Below are positions 38,501 to 53,500 of a stretch of DNA of 64,000 nt, one piece after another. The DNA is taken from contig CM060733.1 in the NCBI GenBank assembly GCA_030704615.1, positions 37,014,001 to 37,078,000 on the forward strand, given 5' to 3'. Position 1 is the first letter of the stretch; each line of letters opens with the position of its first letter. This stretch comes from Takakia lepidozioides (lineage: Eukaryota; Plantae; Bryophyta). A program made the translations under genes and the position numbers. The notes beneath the pieces were generated by a model. That model worked only from the letters and a program-made list of their open reading frames with translations. It ran no database searches and was not told where the DNA came from.

Positions 38501-41500
38501 AAACAACTTGATGAGGACAGCACTGGCTGAGAAATGCTGGCAAAAATAAATTCCACCAGAACTATGTAGTTGGATCAATTTGGACTGAGCCCTCTTTGTT
38601 GTCCAGGTTGTTGAGCCACACTTTTGATATCCAGACTGTGATAGAAGTGCCTGCTCTCCACCTACTGGAGTATTCGCTTTGTCTGTAACCTATTGTGTGA
38701 GTTGATAGACCAGAGAGAACGTATTTTGATCTTCCAAAAGTCTGTTTTGGTTTTATAACCCTGGTGTCCTGTAGTCCTTCATAGTATGCTTCTTAAATCA
38801 GAAGAAGTGATGGCTAACGGTTGACCAGTTCCCAGGAGCACAGATGGTATGAAATAGCAGCAGAGGGTGCAATAGGCTTTATTTTTCACTCACCAATCCT
38901 CAATACAGTTGTTACTGTGACCTTTCTCCTCTCCCTGTAACGTGTCAGCTGCCTGACTGGTCGGTAACTGGATTTTGATATAGGGACCCCTATGTAGATT
39001 GGATTTTTTTGTGGGATATACTTTGTGTGATTGTTTTCTGCTTGGTAGGCCGCAGCGAAGGAGTGTTTATGAACCAGACTTCATAGTGGTAATCTAATCA
39101 GTTGACTAGGTCAACTGAGGGTTTCCAAATTTGTGGTGTTGAATGGAAAAAAGCCCACCAGAAGATAAATACATCATTATCCCACATGGGTTTAAATTGC
39201 ATTGAAACGATGAAACCTGTTGACTGCAGACTAGTATGTGCTATTGTGACATACTTCTGTTTTTTGTTTGGAGGAGGGTTTGGTTTCGAAGTTGCTATGT
39301 GCTTTATCAATAAAAAGTTTCAAAAGTTTGTCTTGATTCCTGCAGGGTAGCATCCAAAGGAGAGGACAAATGGATTAGTGGTCTCGTGAAGGGACTTACC
39401 GTTGAGGGGGGGTCAGGCTTGGTGGTTGTTGATCCACTGGATATCTCAGTGGAATATCGGTGTGTGAAAGACAAGATCACCTTGACAGTGGGGTCCTCAG
39501 ACATCTGCATCCGTTTGTCTTTTAATGTCATATCTCTTGTGCTTCGTCTCCATGATGATGCTCTGTCGACATTTTGGCTGAGTGGTGCCCCTCCTCTCTC
39601 GCGGTGCACACATTTTGACAGAATATGGATGAACAACTCAGGTCCGTAAAAAAAAGTCTCTTGGTAGGCAGACGTCCAGGTACTTTGATCAGTCTTCTCT
39701 TCAAGGCCTGCTGCATGTGGGGCGGACTGATTGAGCTGGATTTATCTTGTATATCACCTGGGATTGTAATGTGATTTCATAGTGAGGATATGCCAAGATG
39801 TGGTTGGACCTTTGTATTTGAGCTCACAAATTGCACATTTGCAGGAAGCACCTCATCCCAGCAGGTCACATTTTGGCGACCTCGTGCACCGCCAGGTTAT
39901 GTGATTATGGGCGATTGTGCAACCTCTGGGTACTCATCGTATTCATCTGCAAATTGTGCAGTATTCCCACTTTGACATGTGGTGTTGTAGTATTGTGGAC
40001 ACTGGCTCCATTGAAGAAATTGATTGATTTGGAACATAAAATAGGGACCAGGAATGGTCTGGAACTGTAGAGGTCCCTGATCACTGGAATGCAAGAAGCT
40101 CTGAAAGGTTGCAAAAAGATGCTTGCACCTGTATTGAGTTGAAGTTGCTGCTTTGGCAGGGTTGCCCCCCCATCGCAGGCTGTCCTGGCCATCAGCAACA
40201 TATATCAACATTCCAAGAAACCTCTTTCCTTTGACCTTGTATGGTCATCCCATGGTGACGGTTATGGATCTGGAAAGACTGGAGCAAAAGAAGAGGGCAA
40301 CGACTCTGATCACTGTTGTGTTTGGATGCCCATTGCACCTCCAGGCTATTTGGCACTGGGCTGTGTGGCAGAGAGGGGTTCCTTGCCACCGCCCCTCAGC
40401 ATTGTCCAGTGCATTCAAGCGGATCTTGTGACTTCAGGGGCTATCATTGACTGCATCTTTTATTCTCCATCAAATGATAGGTAACACAGGCCTTAATGGC
40501 ACCTAGGCCAGCTTGCTATTGTGCTTGTCTATGTGCTGGTCCTATTTTAGTGTCAATGGCAATTGTGGTGAAGAGATGGTTTGGCTGTACCTGAGGATCA
40601 TTTGTGGTTTTGTATGCAGGATGAAATATAAGAATGGTTGCAGCATTTGGCGAATGGAAAATGTCGCTGGAGGTTTTTATGCGCACTCATCCACAAATCC
40701 TCCACCAAGGTTAATGGCACGTGATCTATGTGAAATGCTGCTGAATACAAGCAGTATGGATATGGAAAGACGGAATACTGGGCCCAATGTGCGGTCTGGT
40801 GTTCCTCATCTTGATTCGCTGCCTAGTCTGAAATCTAATGCTGGTCGACATTTGATCACGACTCCACAGTTCGATCGGATATGGTGGGACAAGGGCTCTG
40901 AAGTGAGGTGTTGTGCTTCAATCTGGCGACCTGTAGCACCTGCTGGCTATGCTACTGTAGGTGACTGTCTGGTGGAGGGGTATGTTTTCCCTGCCACTTT
41001 CCTGGAGTAGTTGCTTTAAAGCACTGTTGCATGCACATAAAACATTGCAAGTTGTTGGGAGTCCCGCTGTCTGACCATTGAAATCATAGATCTTCTGTCT
41101 GTAGTCCTTGGTATACAGTGTGACCTCAATGTGACTCTATTGAAGTTTATGCAGGTTGGAGCCACCAGGCGTAGGTGTAGTCCTGCGTGATGAGCATTCG
41201 GGTCGCCTTGCAAAACCCCTCCGGTATTTGCAGTGCATACACACTACAGGGAAAGGGGTTGAGGATGCGATAATTTGGTTTCCAGTAGCACCAGCTGGTT
41301 ATGTGGCATTGGGCTGTGTTGCAACAAAGTCTCCGGAGATGCCTTCCCTCAATTTGGTTCGTTGTCTACGCATGGATCTAGTGACTCAGGCACAGTTATC
41401 CAAGAAGGCTACCTGGTGGCTATCTACAGAGAGAACTCCTAATTCAGTCGGGAGCATGTCGGGGAGTCGCAATGCGTATGGCTGCAGCTTGTGGAAAGTA

Positions 41501-44500
41501 GAGAACCAGGTCAGAGCATCCTGTAGGCATGGCCATGGACCCTTACAGCCAGTTGGCTAGAAGTGAAAGAGAATGTGGAGTGGGCAGTGTTATTTCTTGA
41601 GGAGGGTGTACTCATTGTTCTTTGCTGTAGCCTTGTGGCCATAGACCCCGGGCCCAGTTTGGGTGGAATAATAGACATGACCTTTTGTGAGGGACTCACT
41701 CCAGTAGTTGGACATGCCTTAATAAAACAATTAGTTCGGGCTTTCCAGATTTCCTCTAGAGAGCCCTTCACTCAAGCATCAATCTCCTGTGTGAGCTGCC
41801 CAGTAAATAGACCCCAACAGGGCCAGGGCTTTAGGCTCAGCCTCGAAGGTTGGTGAACAGAGGTGCAGGGACTATGTTCGTGATGGTCCTGAGAGGGTCG
41901 CTCTGATGAGAATATCTCAGACATTGTATCAGAAAATTGATATTGTACGAAGAGAGATGAGCAATTTTGGCATGAGTCTAGTATCGAAATGCAACCAACC
42001 ATTGGAGAAGTCAGTGGAGAACATTGACACCAAAATTAGTAAAACCAGAGAGTAAAGTTGGTAAAAGGAGCTGGAGACCAGCAAAATCTCCCCTTATCTC
42101 CAAGTTTGCTCGGTTGGGGTGAAAGAGGTGAATTGATTCATTTTTTTCTTCAGATTGTGTGGAGTGCTAGTAAATTGATGCCTTGTTGGGTGTCTACTGT
42201 CCAAGGCAGGCCTGTACTTTTATTGCCCGGCCAGACCTGAAGCGGCCTCCTGGGCGGATGGCATATGCCCTAGCTGAGGTAGACAGGAAGGAAACAAGGG
42301 AGGGGCTAAGTGCTGAAGCCAAGATCTGTCGAGTTTCTATCACTATTTTTGACGATTCTGGTGGCCTGGTAATTATCTATGCATTGTGATTTATGATTGA
42401 TACTCGGATGTGGTAAGGCTGGCCACAGGCACAATAGAAGACCGTCGATTATGACCCTGTGTGGTTGATGTTGTAAGGAATTCTACCATACGTTGGTTTG
42501 GAAACTCTTTGCACATCTTACAACGCCAATTTACCTTGTATAGGCTGATACCAAGAAGCTCACCATTCAGTTTCCTGCAGTAAGTTTATAGTATATTTGG
42601 ATGTCCTCTCGTGTGCTGGAGCTTCAATGTTAGAGATGGGTTAATAGGTGCTAGATTCTTTACACTCCAATATGCACTCCAGTAGATCAGGCTCCATATA
42701 GGCTGTTTTTTTATGCTTATCTTGTGTTTATCAATTGTGTGCAGATGACTCCACTGGTAGATCTGACAGTAAAGGACATCAATCTTGCTGCACATGGGCG
42801 GATGGAAGCAATGAGTACAGTTCTTATCACAAACATGGCAGCTTCCACTTTTAATACTCACCTGGAATCCTGGGAGCCTTTCATTGAACCCTTTGAGGGA
42901 ATCTTTAAGTAAGCTATTTAAGCTATTTATTGCTATGTATTGAGGATGGAACAAAAAGTTACAGCATATAGGATAGCATGGCCACGTCCAACCCTGCCTG
43001 TACCTGAACTCAATTTTCTCTCTGATGTTTGTACGGTTCTTTACACAAGATCAATTATGTGTGCTGAAGGTGGTCTATGGTCAAGGTCTTGTTACTGAAT
43101 TGTGGAAGTTCATCTGCAACAGTTTCTGGTTAGGTCTGGTGTTGGGTCAGGTTGGAGTGTTTTGGGGTTCTTCTTCTTTTGTTTTTAGCAGGCTATTCTG
43201 AAGCCATTTCCCTTCCCTTCCCTTCCCTGGTTCCTTCAGAAATATCAGAGGTTTGTGGAATGGGCAGGTATGAATCATATGATGTCGATTCGGAGGCAAC
43301 GTTGAAAGTGGGCAAACGTATTAGAATAACTGCAGCCAATGTGGTTAATATGAATGTTACTTCCGCGGGGCTGGAGATGCTAGTGGGGGCTGTCCTATCA
43401 TGGCAGAAGCAGATGGACTTGGAACAGCAAGCTCGAATGGTCTTTGAGATGGTCAGTACATTGTTTTGGTTATCTTGCTGATTTCTCTTTTTTGGTCTCT
43501 TTTGCAATAGGGAAAATCATGATGACTCACGGCGGGATATAATATCTGGGCTCTCCATGTACTAACGTTTATCTATCCCTGCGGTGGCATTTGTTCCTGT
43601 AGGAAGGAAGTGACTACAAGAACGCTGCCAGTGAGTCCTTGAGTTCTGCCTTGGAAAAGGACGATTCAGAGAAGCTCATGGTCGAGAACAAGCTAGCGTG
43701 TGACTTGTATTTGCGAACTTTTAAGGATAATTTTGAACAAGTGGATCTTCTTTCTGCGGACAACACCACTCTGGTGACTCTGCCACCTCCTTCTTTTCCG
43801 GACAGGTTCATCAATGCATCGGAGACCCAACAACCCCGCCATTTTGTTGCAATCCAAGTGTCTGAGGCTAGGGTAAGAAATGTGAGCTCTGCTTTGTTTT
43901 GGGCATGCGTTGTTTTGGACCTTCCCCTGACATGTTTTTGCTGAAGATTCTCATGTTGTTTAATGGGTCATCTTTTCAACATATATTGTCATATATTGCC
44001 TTGCCTTCCTGTGAAGACAGTCTTTTGGAATGTCTCCTCCATGATTCATACTTTGTCATGGGCAATGCAATATTTGGTTACATTGCACGCACCTTTGTTA
44101 ACTGTTAAACATAATATCCTGAGGTGGAACACCAGTTGTAGGCAGCTCTTTGAGATGTCACCTACTTGGAAGTAGTATAGATAGAGCGATTGAATGGCGA
44201 ATGATGCATCATTGCTAATGAAGCGATTGTGTCTGTGTTATAGGATCTTTCTGTCAATGTTGATGGCAATGGGCAGGATTATATGTGTGCTTTGCGATTG
44301 GCAACCATACAGTTGCAAGAAGAACAGAAGCCACTTCCTCAAAGTGCGAGGTCACGGTGTGTACAGCCAACCACCAATACTGAAGGCTTGAAGCCCCATC
44401 TTGCTGCTGCAAAATGGAATGAGGTGTTTATATTTGAGATTCCACGGCAGGTAATCCATAGAAGCATGAACACTGCTATCATATTAAGGGTGGATAGATC

Positions 44501-47500
44501 TTACTTGTTAGATTCTTCACTGATTGGTCAAACTGAGCTTGTATCATCCCACTATGTGGAATATTTAACAACGTAAACTCTTGGAAATTAATATAACACC
44601 TATCAAGGTGCGAGAATTCAAACAAATTAAAAAGTACTTCAATTGCAGTACTTCAATTGATTCTTGTGTCAATGAATTCTTGAGCTGCTTGTGTTGGGGC
44701 AGGGATCTACAGTTTTGGAGGTATTGGTGACCAACCAGGCTGCAAAGGGTGGTACAGGTAATCTCTACGTTTCTTCTGTGGTTGTGGTCAGTAGGGGACT
44801 AGCTCAAAGTCTATGAAAGGAGTATTTGTGGACCACGGTACAGTACTGACTCGCCTGGCTCGCGAATAGATATTCGGAAGGGTAATCCACCAGTGCTGGG
44901 TGGGTATGTGGGTTTTAAGTCACCCTCCGGGTCCGGGTCAATTGGCCTCTTGAAATTCAATCAGAGTACAGGCGAGTTAACAGATTTTTTATTTGTATTT
45001 CAACTTACCCTCCAGGTCTGGATAAAATGATTTATTTTTTGGTTATATAAAAATAATACACAACAATGTCAGAATTGGAAAACAATAGGAGTAATGTATT
45101 TCGAATGCGATCTGACGGTACATTCGGCGATTCCTCCAGTGGGCCCCTGTCAAATCCTCCCCACCCCTTCTTGCCCCGGATTCACTATTAAATACTTTAG
45201 AGGGCGTCAAGCAGTGGTGAGTAGCCTAGTGGTAACGTGATGGCAGTGTGGGCGGTGAGGTGTGGGTGGTGAGGTGCATTTCCAATTTTGGCTGAGTGAG
45301 TTACACTGCGTGGAGTTACACTCCCTTCCGTATAACCCTGCGTCACCCCGACTGGAGTGACACTCCCGTCAGTTCCATATCACTCTCAAGAGTGGGTGGG
45401 GAAGATTTGACATGCCAGCAACCATTGTACTGTCCTGGTAGAGATCGCATGCTGCATAAACATTATTCCTATTGTTCTTGGTTAAAATCAGAAAATAGTT
45501 CAGTGGCATAAAGCATATCAGTAAAATAAGGGAATTTAAAAATCCCTTATTAATTTATAGAAAATATAATAATGATGATTATAATCGGATATATATTAGA
45601 TTACAATGGAGACATCAAAATTATGATGTCACCCTTACTGATACCCTGATTGCAATTTACCCATCATTCCAACATATATGATGGATTAGGTATGGTATAT
45701 TAAAACCCATTGATGCATGGTAAGTGTAAATGTATGGTATATCATAAAGATATACCCTAACATAAGAGTATATCCGGTTCCCAAAATCTGCTACAAGAGG
45801 TTGTATATCTGGATATATACCCGGGTATACCTGCGGGGTATATGAGAATTTTCAATGACTGGGATCAAAAGCTCATGGCAGCTGAGATCAGGAATTTTTT
45901 TGGAAGGAATTCAGCAATCCAAGGAGCTGAAGGGAAGTTAGAGAAGAGTAAATCACTGGACTGCCTGATTTGGTTGTCTTTTGAAACTACAATGTCATGT
46001 AGTTGCAAGATTCTGGCAGACCAACTTGATCAGGGAACTGGAATTTTTTTTTATAATACCCCTGGAGAGTGAGGTTCAGGCTTCCAGTTCATCTGGTTTG
46101 TAATTGATGGTAAACCCAGGTGGTTTGGTCTTGGTTTTCCTCTTGGTCCTTGGTTTCCCTCTTCTGTTCCTGCCGCGGACGTTATAAAGCACCATTTCAT
46201 TTCATTTCCTGTCCTAGCTATTAGTTGGGTCTCAGGTTGTTCCCTTGCCCCTTGAATTTGGGCTTCCTTCTCTATTTTTTCCCGTATTTTCTTGAGCACC
46301 TTCCTTTCTCAGGGTTTTAGGCTGGCCAGCTTCTGTTCTCAGGTGGATCATTCTTGGCTTGCCCAATATGACTATCCTATCTTGGTTTTGAAAGGGAATG
46401 AATGGCTAGATGGAAATTTGCAACATCATCATGCTTATGCTTTTCAGGGTTCATTCCGGGTGGGGTGTTCCACAGGGCAAGCAGTGGGTGGTGTTTCAAT
46501 ACCAATCAACGAACATAATGGAAGCCATACCTTGCAGCCATCTTCACAGTGGAACGTCGTTCGTCAGGCTCTGAACCAGGGTCCTTCGACTTGGCCCACA
46601 GCAGAGAGAAAAGTGTTTCCTCTGCTGCCACCAGGCCAGGTGGTATACTGCCTCACAATTTAATCAGAACACTGTTTCCTAGTGCTAATTATCAACGGCA
46701 GATGGATTTGTTTTTGATAATTTGAAAGTCAATTGTGAGTGTCCTGGAGCCATCATTAGACCATGCATAGCTGCAATCAAATCAGTTCAAAATTTCAAGA
46801 TTATAAAACAAAGGGTAGGGAGGGCCAACCCAAGATGATCAGGACTAACTTGTGTTTATATATTTTACATATTTACAGCTATATTCAACACTTATTCCAA
46901 TAAATGACGATCTTGATACTGAACAAGCTTTGCACTGGTATTTCTTTCAGGCACATGCTGAAGAAACCAGTTAGTGGTTTCCAGAAACTTGTTCTAAATT
47001 TCAAATTGCTGTGTATCCAGACCCAACGGAGTGAGGGTGATCTTGAGAATCGCAGCTGTGGTAGTATAACGGTGAGCATGTATCACTTTGTTGCTAAAGG
47101 TCATCGCACAAGACAAGGAGCATTGTTTAAACCCAAGGATGATGGACGGAGTAGTGACGTTGGGCTGTGGTTTGCCTTGAATCCCCAAGGCCCTTGGACC
47201 AGTATTGATTCTGTCCTACCTCCAGGCACAATCACAAAAGAAGTATCCGACCGGAAACTGGCTCTTGAAGTGACCATGCAGGAGGGACACAAGTGTGTGA
47301 AAGTGCGTAGCCTCATTATGGTTTCAAACAGCACCGACATAACCCTTGCTGTGTGCATTTGCCCCTTTTCTCTTCTCAAAGTTCCTGATGGGTTGGTGAG
47401 AGCCCGCGAGAACCATCTTTCTGAGATTATTGAAGAGGTATTTGAAAATCAACGCTATCAGCCCCTTGGTGGGTGGGGCAGTAGATGGCCTGGTCACTTG

Positions 47501-50500
47501 ATGCCAACCGATCCTAGCCGCTGGAGTAATCGTGACTACTCCAAAGCTTCCCAGGTACATCATTGTGTCTCCATGAGGATAGAACAATAGCCTGTTTTTT
47601 TCCTTTCTGACTCATTGATGAAAGAGATAGACTTAAACTATTGTTTTAGTTGAGACATAAGGGAAATCATTTTACCATTTTCTCCCCTGTAAATAAGATT
47701 CCACAAGGTCGGCAAACATCTTGCGAGTACATTCCTATAAATATGATTGTCTATTGAAAGATAACAGATGAAAGCGGGGGCTTTTCAAACTCTAACCCAT
47801 GTGCAATGAGCCCTCTCTTTTCTCAGTAATGGAAATTGATCGACCATTTTGTCCTAATCGATAGGTAGTATGACTTGTCTATTGAGGGATAACACATGTG
47901 AGCGGGGACCTTTTAAGCATTAGCTGTCAAAGATTGGTTTGGTCTGTGCCCATCTCAACCCTCTGATCAATCTCTGTGAAATGTATTTCACAAGGTTTGT
48001 GAAGCTACTGTCCAACCTTAGTTGGTTCTTCTGTGGTGTAAGGCTCAACCAAACAGAACTGTATTCTTAAAGAAAACTCCCTCCTAGACAATCTGTATTT
48101 TCTTTATATTATCCATATGGATGTGCTAAGATTAAAGATGTCTCTGTCTTTTGCAGGAATTTCCTGAACCCCCTCTACCACGAGGCTGGGTGTGGACATC
48201 TAGTTGGTCAATTGATAAGACCGGCTATGTGGACATCGATGGTTGGTTTTATGGAGCTGACTTTCAGAGCCTGAAGTTTCCCCCTACTTCAATCAAGTCC
48301 CGCAAAAAATCAACATTTGACTTTGCAAGGCGCCGCCGGTTGGTACGGACTCGTCAATGTGTGCCCGAGAACCGGCACATACACACGAGGCAAATGGTTG
48401 GAGAGGTCCAACCTGGGGCTTCCATTTTCCTACCCTGGGGTTGCATTGAACCAAGGATAGACATGTGTGTCCAAGTTCGCCCACACTCTGACTCGTCCCA
48501 ATGTAATCTCCACTGGGGCCAGGCCATAAGTCATACAATCATTCAAAGCAGGAGTCAAGATGGAGGTGAATCCTGGCCGAGGAACACTATACGCCTAACA
48601 AAAAGTGGTGTGCCTGTTTCCTCGCTTTTACTGAAGGAATTGGAGAAGACAGAGGAGATTCTGCTCTGTAAGCCCCTTGAAGATGGATGCTTGAAAGGCA
48701 CATGTTGGTTGAACTTGGATGCTGATGCAACTGTTCTCTACAGCGAACTGAATGCTCCAATCTATGATTGGAGATTAACTGTGAATGCTCCTTTGAAGGT
48801 AGAGAATCAGCTTCCTTGCGCTGCTGAGTATATTGTGTGGGAGAAACCCATAAACAAGGAAAACCCAATCAAACAGCAGCATGGTATTGTTGCTGCTGGA
48901 GGTAGTACATACATCTACTCAGTTGATGTACGAAGGCCTGTATATCTCACTTGGCTTGCTCAAGGTGGCTGGAAACTTGAAAAGGTGAGCATCTGCTTTT
49001 CCCTGTCTGTCGTGGAGTGTTCATGGTGATCAAGGGTACTGTGGTAATATATGGTTGAACCATGAATAGTCAAGTTGCATGCGGCCTGTCTCTATCACTA
49101 CCACTTGGATTCGGACTTGCATACTGATGCCCATACTGACTTTGATAGCCAAAGTCAGCCAAAGTCTTTAATGCTCACTCCAGTCAACTAGCTTTCCATG
49201 GTCTATGGGAGTCTACATATCTAATTTGAGGGGTGGTCTTGACAAGTCTGGCCACACTCTTTAGACGCGGAGGATGGAGATCTTGGACTCCCAATTTGAA
49301 TGGAGCCTTCCACAGCCTGATCAGTACGGAGTAATCAAACCAGCCTTTCTTTCAAGCTTTGGCTCGGGTGGTGCTCCTAAATTAGAGGCGGATTCCAAGC
49401 CTAGGATCATTTCAGCCAGAGAAATGGGCAGTTGGTATACTCTTAATTGGTCTTGGTCTTAATTGGTTTAGGTCTTGGTGATCCTCAGCTTGTTTTCTGT
49501 GATGGACTTGCATAATAGGTTTCTGTGCATGAATTAGGCTAATTTTCTACAGTGTTTCACATCGTAAAGAAGAAAAGAGGATGCTGGCTAATAAAGGGTT
49601 CATATGCACGGTAGGCATTCAGAATATAGCATCTGAAATAACACTACAAACGAAAGCAAGTGCTTATTTTTAGTTTATCTTTCACTTGTAGGAAGCGGTG
49701 CTCATCTCTGATCCATCCATGGAGGAGCTTCCATCCGGCTTTTGGATGTTCCACCAGCAAAGTGGCAGGTATGCTTAGCGAGGCATGTGAGATTCATATC
49801 TTTGGTATGTAGGGAGGTTTGTGGGGTTCTAGATGTAATATAATGGATTGGTTTCTGTCGGTTCTGTTGTTCACCAGTAGGACTAGATTATTTATACCAT
49901 AAAGCCGCATGTATAAGCTTTACCCATTTCATTTCTTCCCTGTTTTGGTTTACTCAAGTGGAACATCCTAGGATGATCTGGCATGATAATCTCTGTTCCA
50001 TGGACAATCCAACCGACTGGGGAATCAGCTCACACATGATGTGCATTTCAGTGCAGGTCAATGAACTGACATCTAGTGCCAGCTATGAATTTGAGTTGTT
50101 GTGTGTGGCTGTTGCCAACGATGGGGGTTGGACCTGTAACTGACATATGCACATTGACAGAAGCATGGAATTCTCAACTTATTCCTTAGTCATGGATGCC
50201 TAGACTCAACCTACATGACTGCACTGAAACTAGAAACTACCATCATTGTACACAGCTTCTACCATCCAGAGACAGACCTCATCAGTACATGGAAACGATT
50301 AGAGGACAAAAATCTACTCAAAAGATATTGTCGCCACAGACCCCACGCCCTGTTTGGGTGGAAGAAAAGGGAACTGACTCTACCTTTGTTGGCACAATAC
50401 AAATGTGGCCCCATGCATCCAGATCTTAACCCAAGTATGTTACAACAATTCTGATTGTGGGATCATGGAGGGAGCTGTAGGAGGTTGAGGGTGAGCCTGG

Positions 50501-53500
50501 AGCATGACTTTGGGAGCACAAGCATGGCAGCAAAAAATTTGCGACTTTTTGTTCCTTATTGGCTCTGCAATGATGCCTCTTTGCCACTAGCCTACCGCTT
50601 GGTTGAGATTGAACCTACAGGCGGTTCAGTTGGAGATACAACATGGCTGACGCGAGCAGCAAAAGCTGCTAAACAAGCTTCTCGCCGCCCCAATCACACA
50701 AGGGAGAGAAAATTATCACAGATGAACAAGGTGGTTCAACATCTAGAAACCATTGAAGACTCTTTGGGTGTGCCAGTAATGCTCTCCCTCCAGGCCTACT
50801 CTGATCGCCTTGGGGGTCTCTCTCTCTCTTCTCGCACAGAGGATGGCTTGCTCTCACCCCGCCTGGGACTTGCGATCGGGATCACAGACAGCAACATGTT
50901 CAACTATGCCCTCCCCTTTCGGGACTTCGAAAATAGTGTAAGCATCTCTTTCTCAATGAATCCTTGGCATGGTTCTGCCCTCTGTCTATTTGCCTACCCT
51001 TGGAATTGTGTCTGCAACTATAGCAATGTTTCTGAGGTCTTCGCTGGATGAAATGTGGATAGTTGAGAACCCAATGCTTCTGGATGGCACGTTTCGAAGA
51101 AACGCTTTCACCGTTTACCATCGGCTACTTTAGTAGATCAGTCCTCATATTCGTCCCCCTTCGAAAGGAGCGGCCATCATCGAGATTCGTAAACCTATCC
51201 TGCACAGAACACTTTCCAGATGTGTCATTTTGTCATCTCTACGTTTTGAGGGATACTAGATTGATAGATCAGCAGCTCTGGACCTGGAAGAGCCCGGTTT
51301 TGGGGACCCAACTGCAGGGAATGTAAACTCGATGCAGTAACCAGGCACAAGTATGAGTTTTACATGTTTCTTCTGGAACTCAAGACAATGCAGATAGAAT
51401 AGGGTGCAGAAGTGAGCAACATCTGAATTTAAATCTGCAATTTAAATGTGCAATGACTAGTTAGTTTCAAATGCTTTAGTAACGGCAATCATTTTCTAGT
51501 TATAGTTTCCTCTGTGGATCACAACACTAGTCTCTGTTGTAATAATATTGCTTACAACTGCTCGTGTGTCTGGCAGATGGAGCGCATGGACCTCAAGGCG
51601 GTTGATGCACTTGGAGAGTACTACAGGTTGTCCATCTTCTTGGACATGTCATGTGAACGTACAAAGGTCTGCCACATTTTTCTGTTTTTGCTCTTCGTCA
51701 TGATTTGTTGTGTGAGGTTCGTGGATGAAAAGGTGCAAGACGCATGTGCTTGCATGGAAAACAAACGAGGCAACGCAGTTTTGTGCCTAATACATCCCAA
51801 GGGTTTGACAAACAAAATCAACAAGTAGTCCTGAAGAGTTGGCCATCTTCAACAATCAGTATGATGATTTGTCTACTCCTTTGCTTAAAGAGATATGTGC
51901 AGGTAACAGAAAAGTTGGTAGATTGTGTATCACCAGGAAAGGTTTCGTAGAGCATAAGCGAAGCGTAGCATCCAGGGAGGTTAATAGAGAAAACATTATT
52001 CAGAAAACTTTATTCAGAAAAATATATACTAGTCACATTCTCAACTTCTTATTGGAAAGTGTTCTAGGCCAAGCATTCTTGATATACTCACCCTTATTGA
52101 GATCCAAAATTAGTCCTTGCCATGTGCATGTTGATCGAATTATTGTTTTCCTGTCCTGTCCAGGTAGTGCACATGGAGCCACATACTCTCTTCATCAACA
52201 GGCTTGGACAAACTCTTCATTTAGGTCAGGATGATCTTATCATGCATGAAGATTTGTTGCATCCTGGTGACCCTCCTAAAGCTCTCCTTTGGCAGTCAGA
52301 CCAGCAGCCAGAACTCTTACAGGTACATAATGTTCAGACCATTCTTCAAAATATCTCCATGCCACTCTCAAGACCTATTCCACTCCTTTGTTGACTTGAT
52401 TCAACCTGCCGTTTTACTGTACATTTCAGTTGATCGTCTGTAACAAGAAAGATATAAATTCTGGCATGGTCTTCTATTCTCCACTGGGTACTAACGAGGA
52501 GTTGAACTATCAGGTTTAGCAGACACAGGTGCTAAATGTCTCAATTATAGTCGTCGCTATGAGGGTTTTCAGGTGTCCTTGTCTTGAGCAGTGAACAAAC
52601 AAAGACTCCCAATGCTCTGTTTATCCAATGGAACCCTTCTCCATACAGATATAGAAAATGCAATGAAATGAAATGAAATGGTGCTTCATAACATCCGCAG
52701 AAAGCTCATAGAGCTTATGGGACAAAATGGAAAGAAAAACAAAACCAGAGCCAAAAATAAAACTATTGCTCGAGGAATTGTCTAAGGGTGAAGACCTCGT
52801 GCAGGTAAGCTCCTGCCTATCTGATCCCCTCTTTATTGGCCGTCCATTACAAGCATTCATCCAACGGTCATAGAAGACTCCTGCCTCCAAGCATTTCTGA
52901 TCCTCATAGTGGAAGACTTCAGTGAGAGATTGGGTTCCGCGGAATAGACGAATCTCCCACGGATCTCGTAGTATAGAGGGCAATAGAAGAAGAGGTGTTC
53001 TTCAGTTTCCCGGTTGCGCCCTGTGCAAGCTGGACATAGGTGGTCCTCCCGTTGCAGGTTTTCCCATCTGCCAGTCTCTATCCGTAGGCTGTGGGAGCCC
53101 ACCCTGAACTGCCCCAATGCCCTCAGGAGGGAAGGAGATAAAGGCGCCATCTCGGAGAACCAAGAATATCTCTCGATAGAAATGGAGCTTTTTCGTGAGA
53201 TTGGGTAGCTTCCAAGTTCTCCTCACATGTAGTTCCATAAGCTCCCTTCTGTTTGGATGTGATGTCCACCCCTTCTGGATTCACTGGTAATAGTGAAGCA
53301 ATAGAGAGTCCATTGCGCTCAAAAAAACTGTCCACCCGAGCATACCAGTGAAAAGAAAGCACATTTCCATTGGCTGATAAGTGATTGTAACAGATTTGCA
53401 TCGAAGGCTACAAATGGAGTAATCCATTCAGTGTGGATACTGAGGGGAAGATTCATATTGGTCTCCGAGGGAAACAAGATGGCAGACGTTTGGTGATTTG

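Noticed and set aside
41242-41258. CACTACAGGGAAAGGGG resembling the CACTA terminus
   Set aside because: Lies in frame inside VPS13 exon 41 (HTTGKG); coincidence.
47746-47916. ~45-bp diverged direct repeat pair
   Set aside because: Only two copies; looks like a local duplication, not an array.
49960-50450. Integrase-like words (DNPTDW, FYHPETD)
   Set aside because: Motifs are too short and out of the expected order to call an LTR retrotransposon remnant.
51060-51330. ACGTTTCG-containing segments here and at 59670-59840 as possible hammerhead ribozymes
   Set aside because: I could not assemble a CUGANGA...GAAA core with proper stems on either strand.
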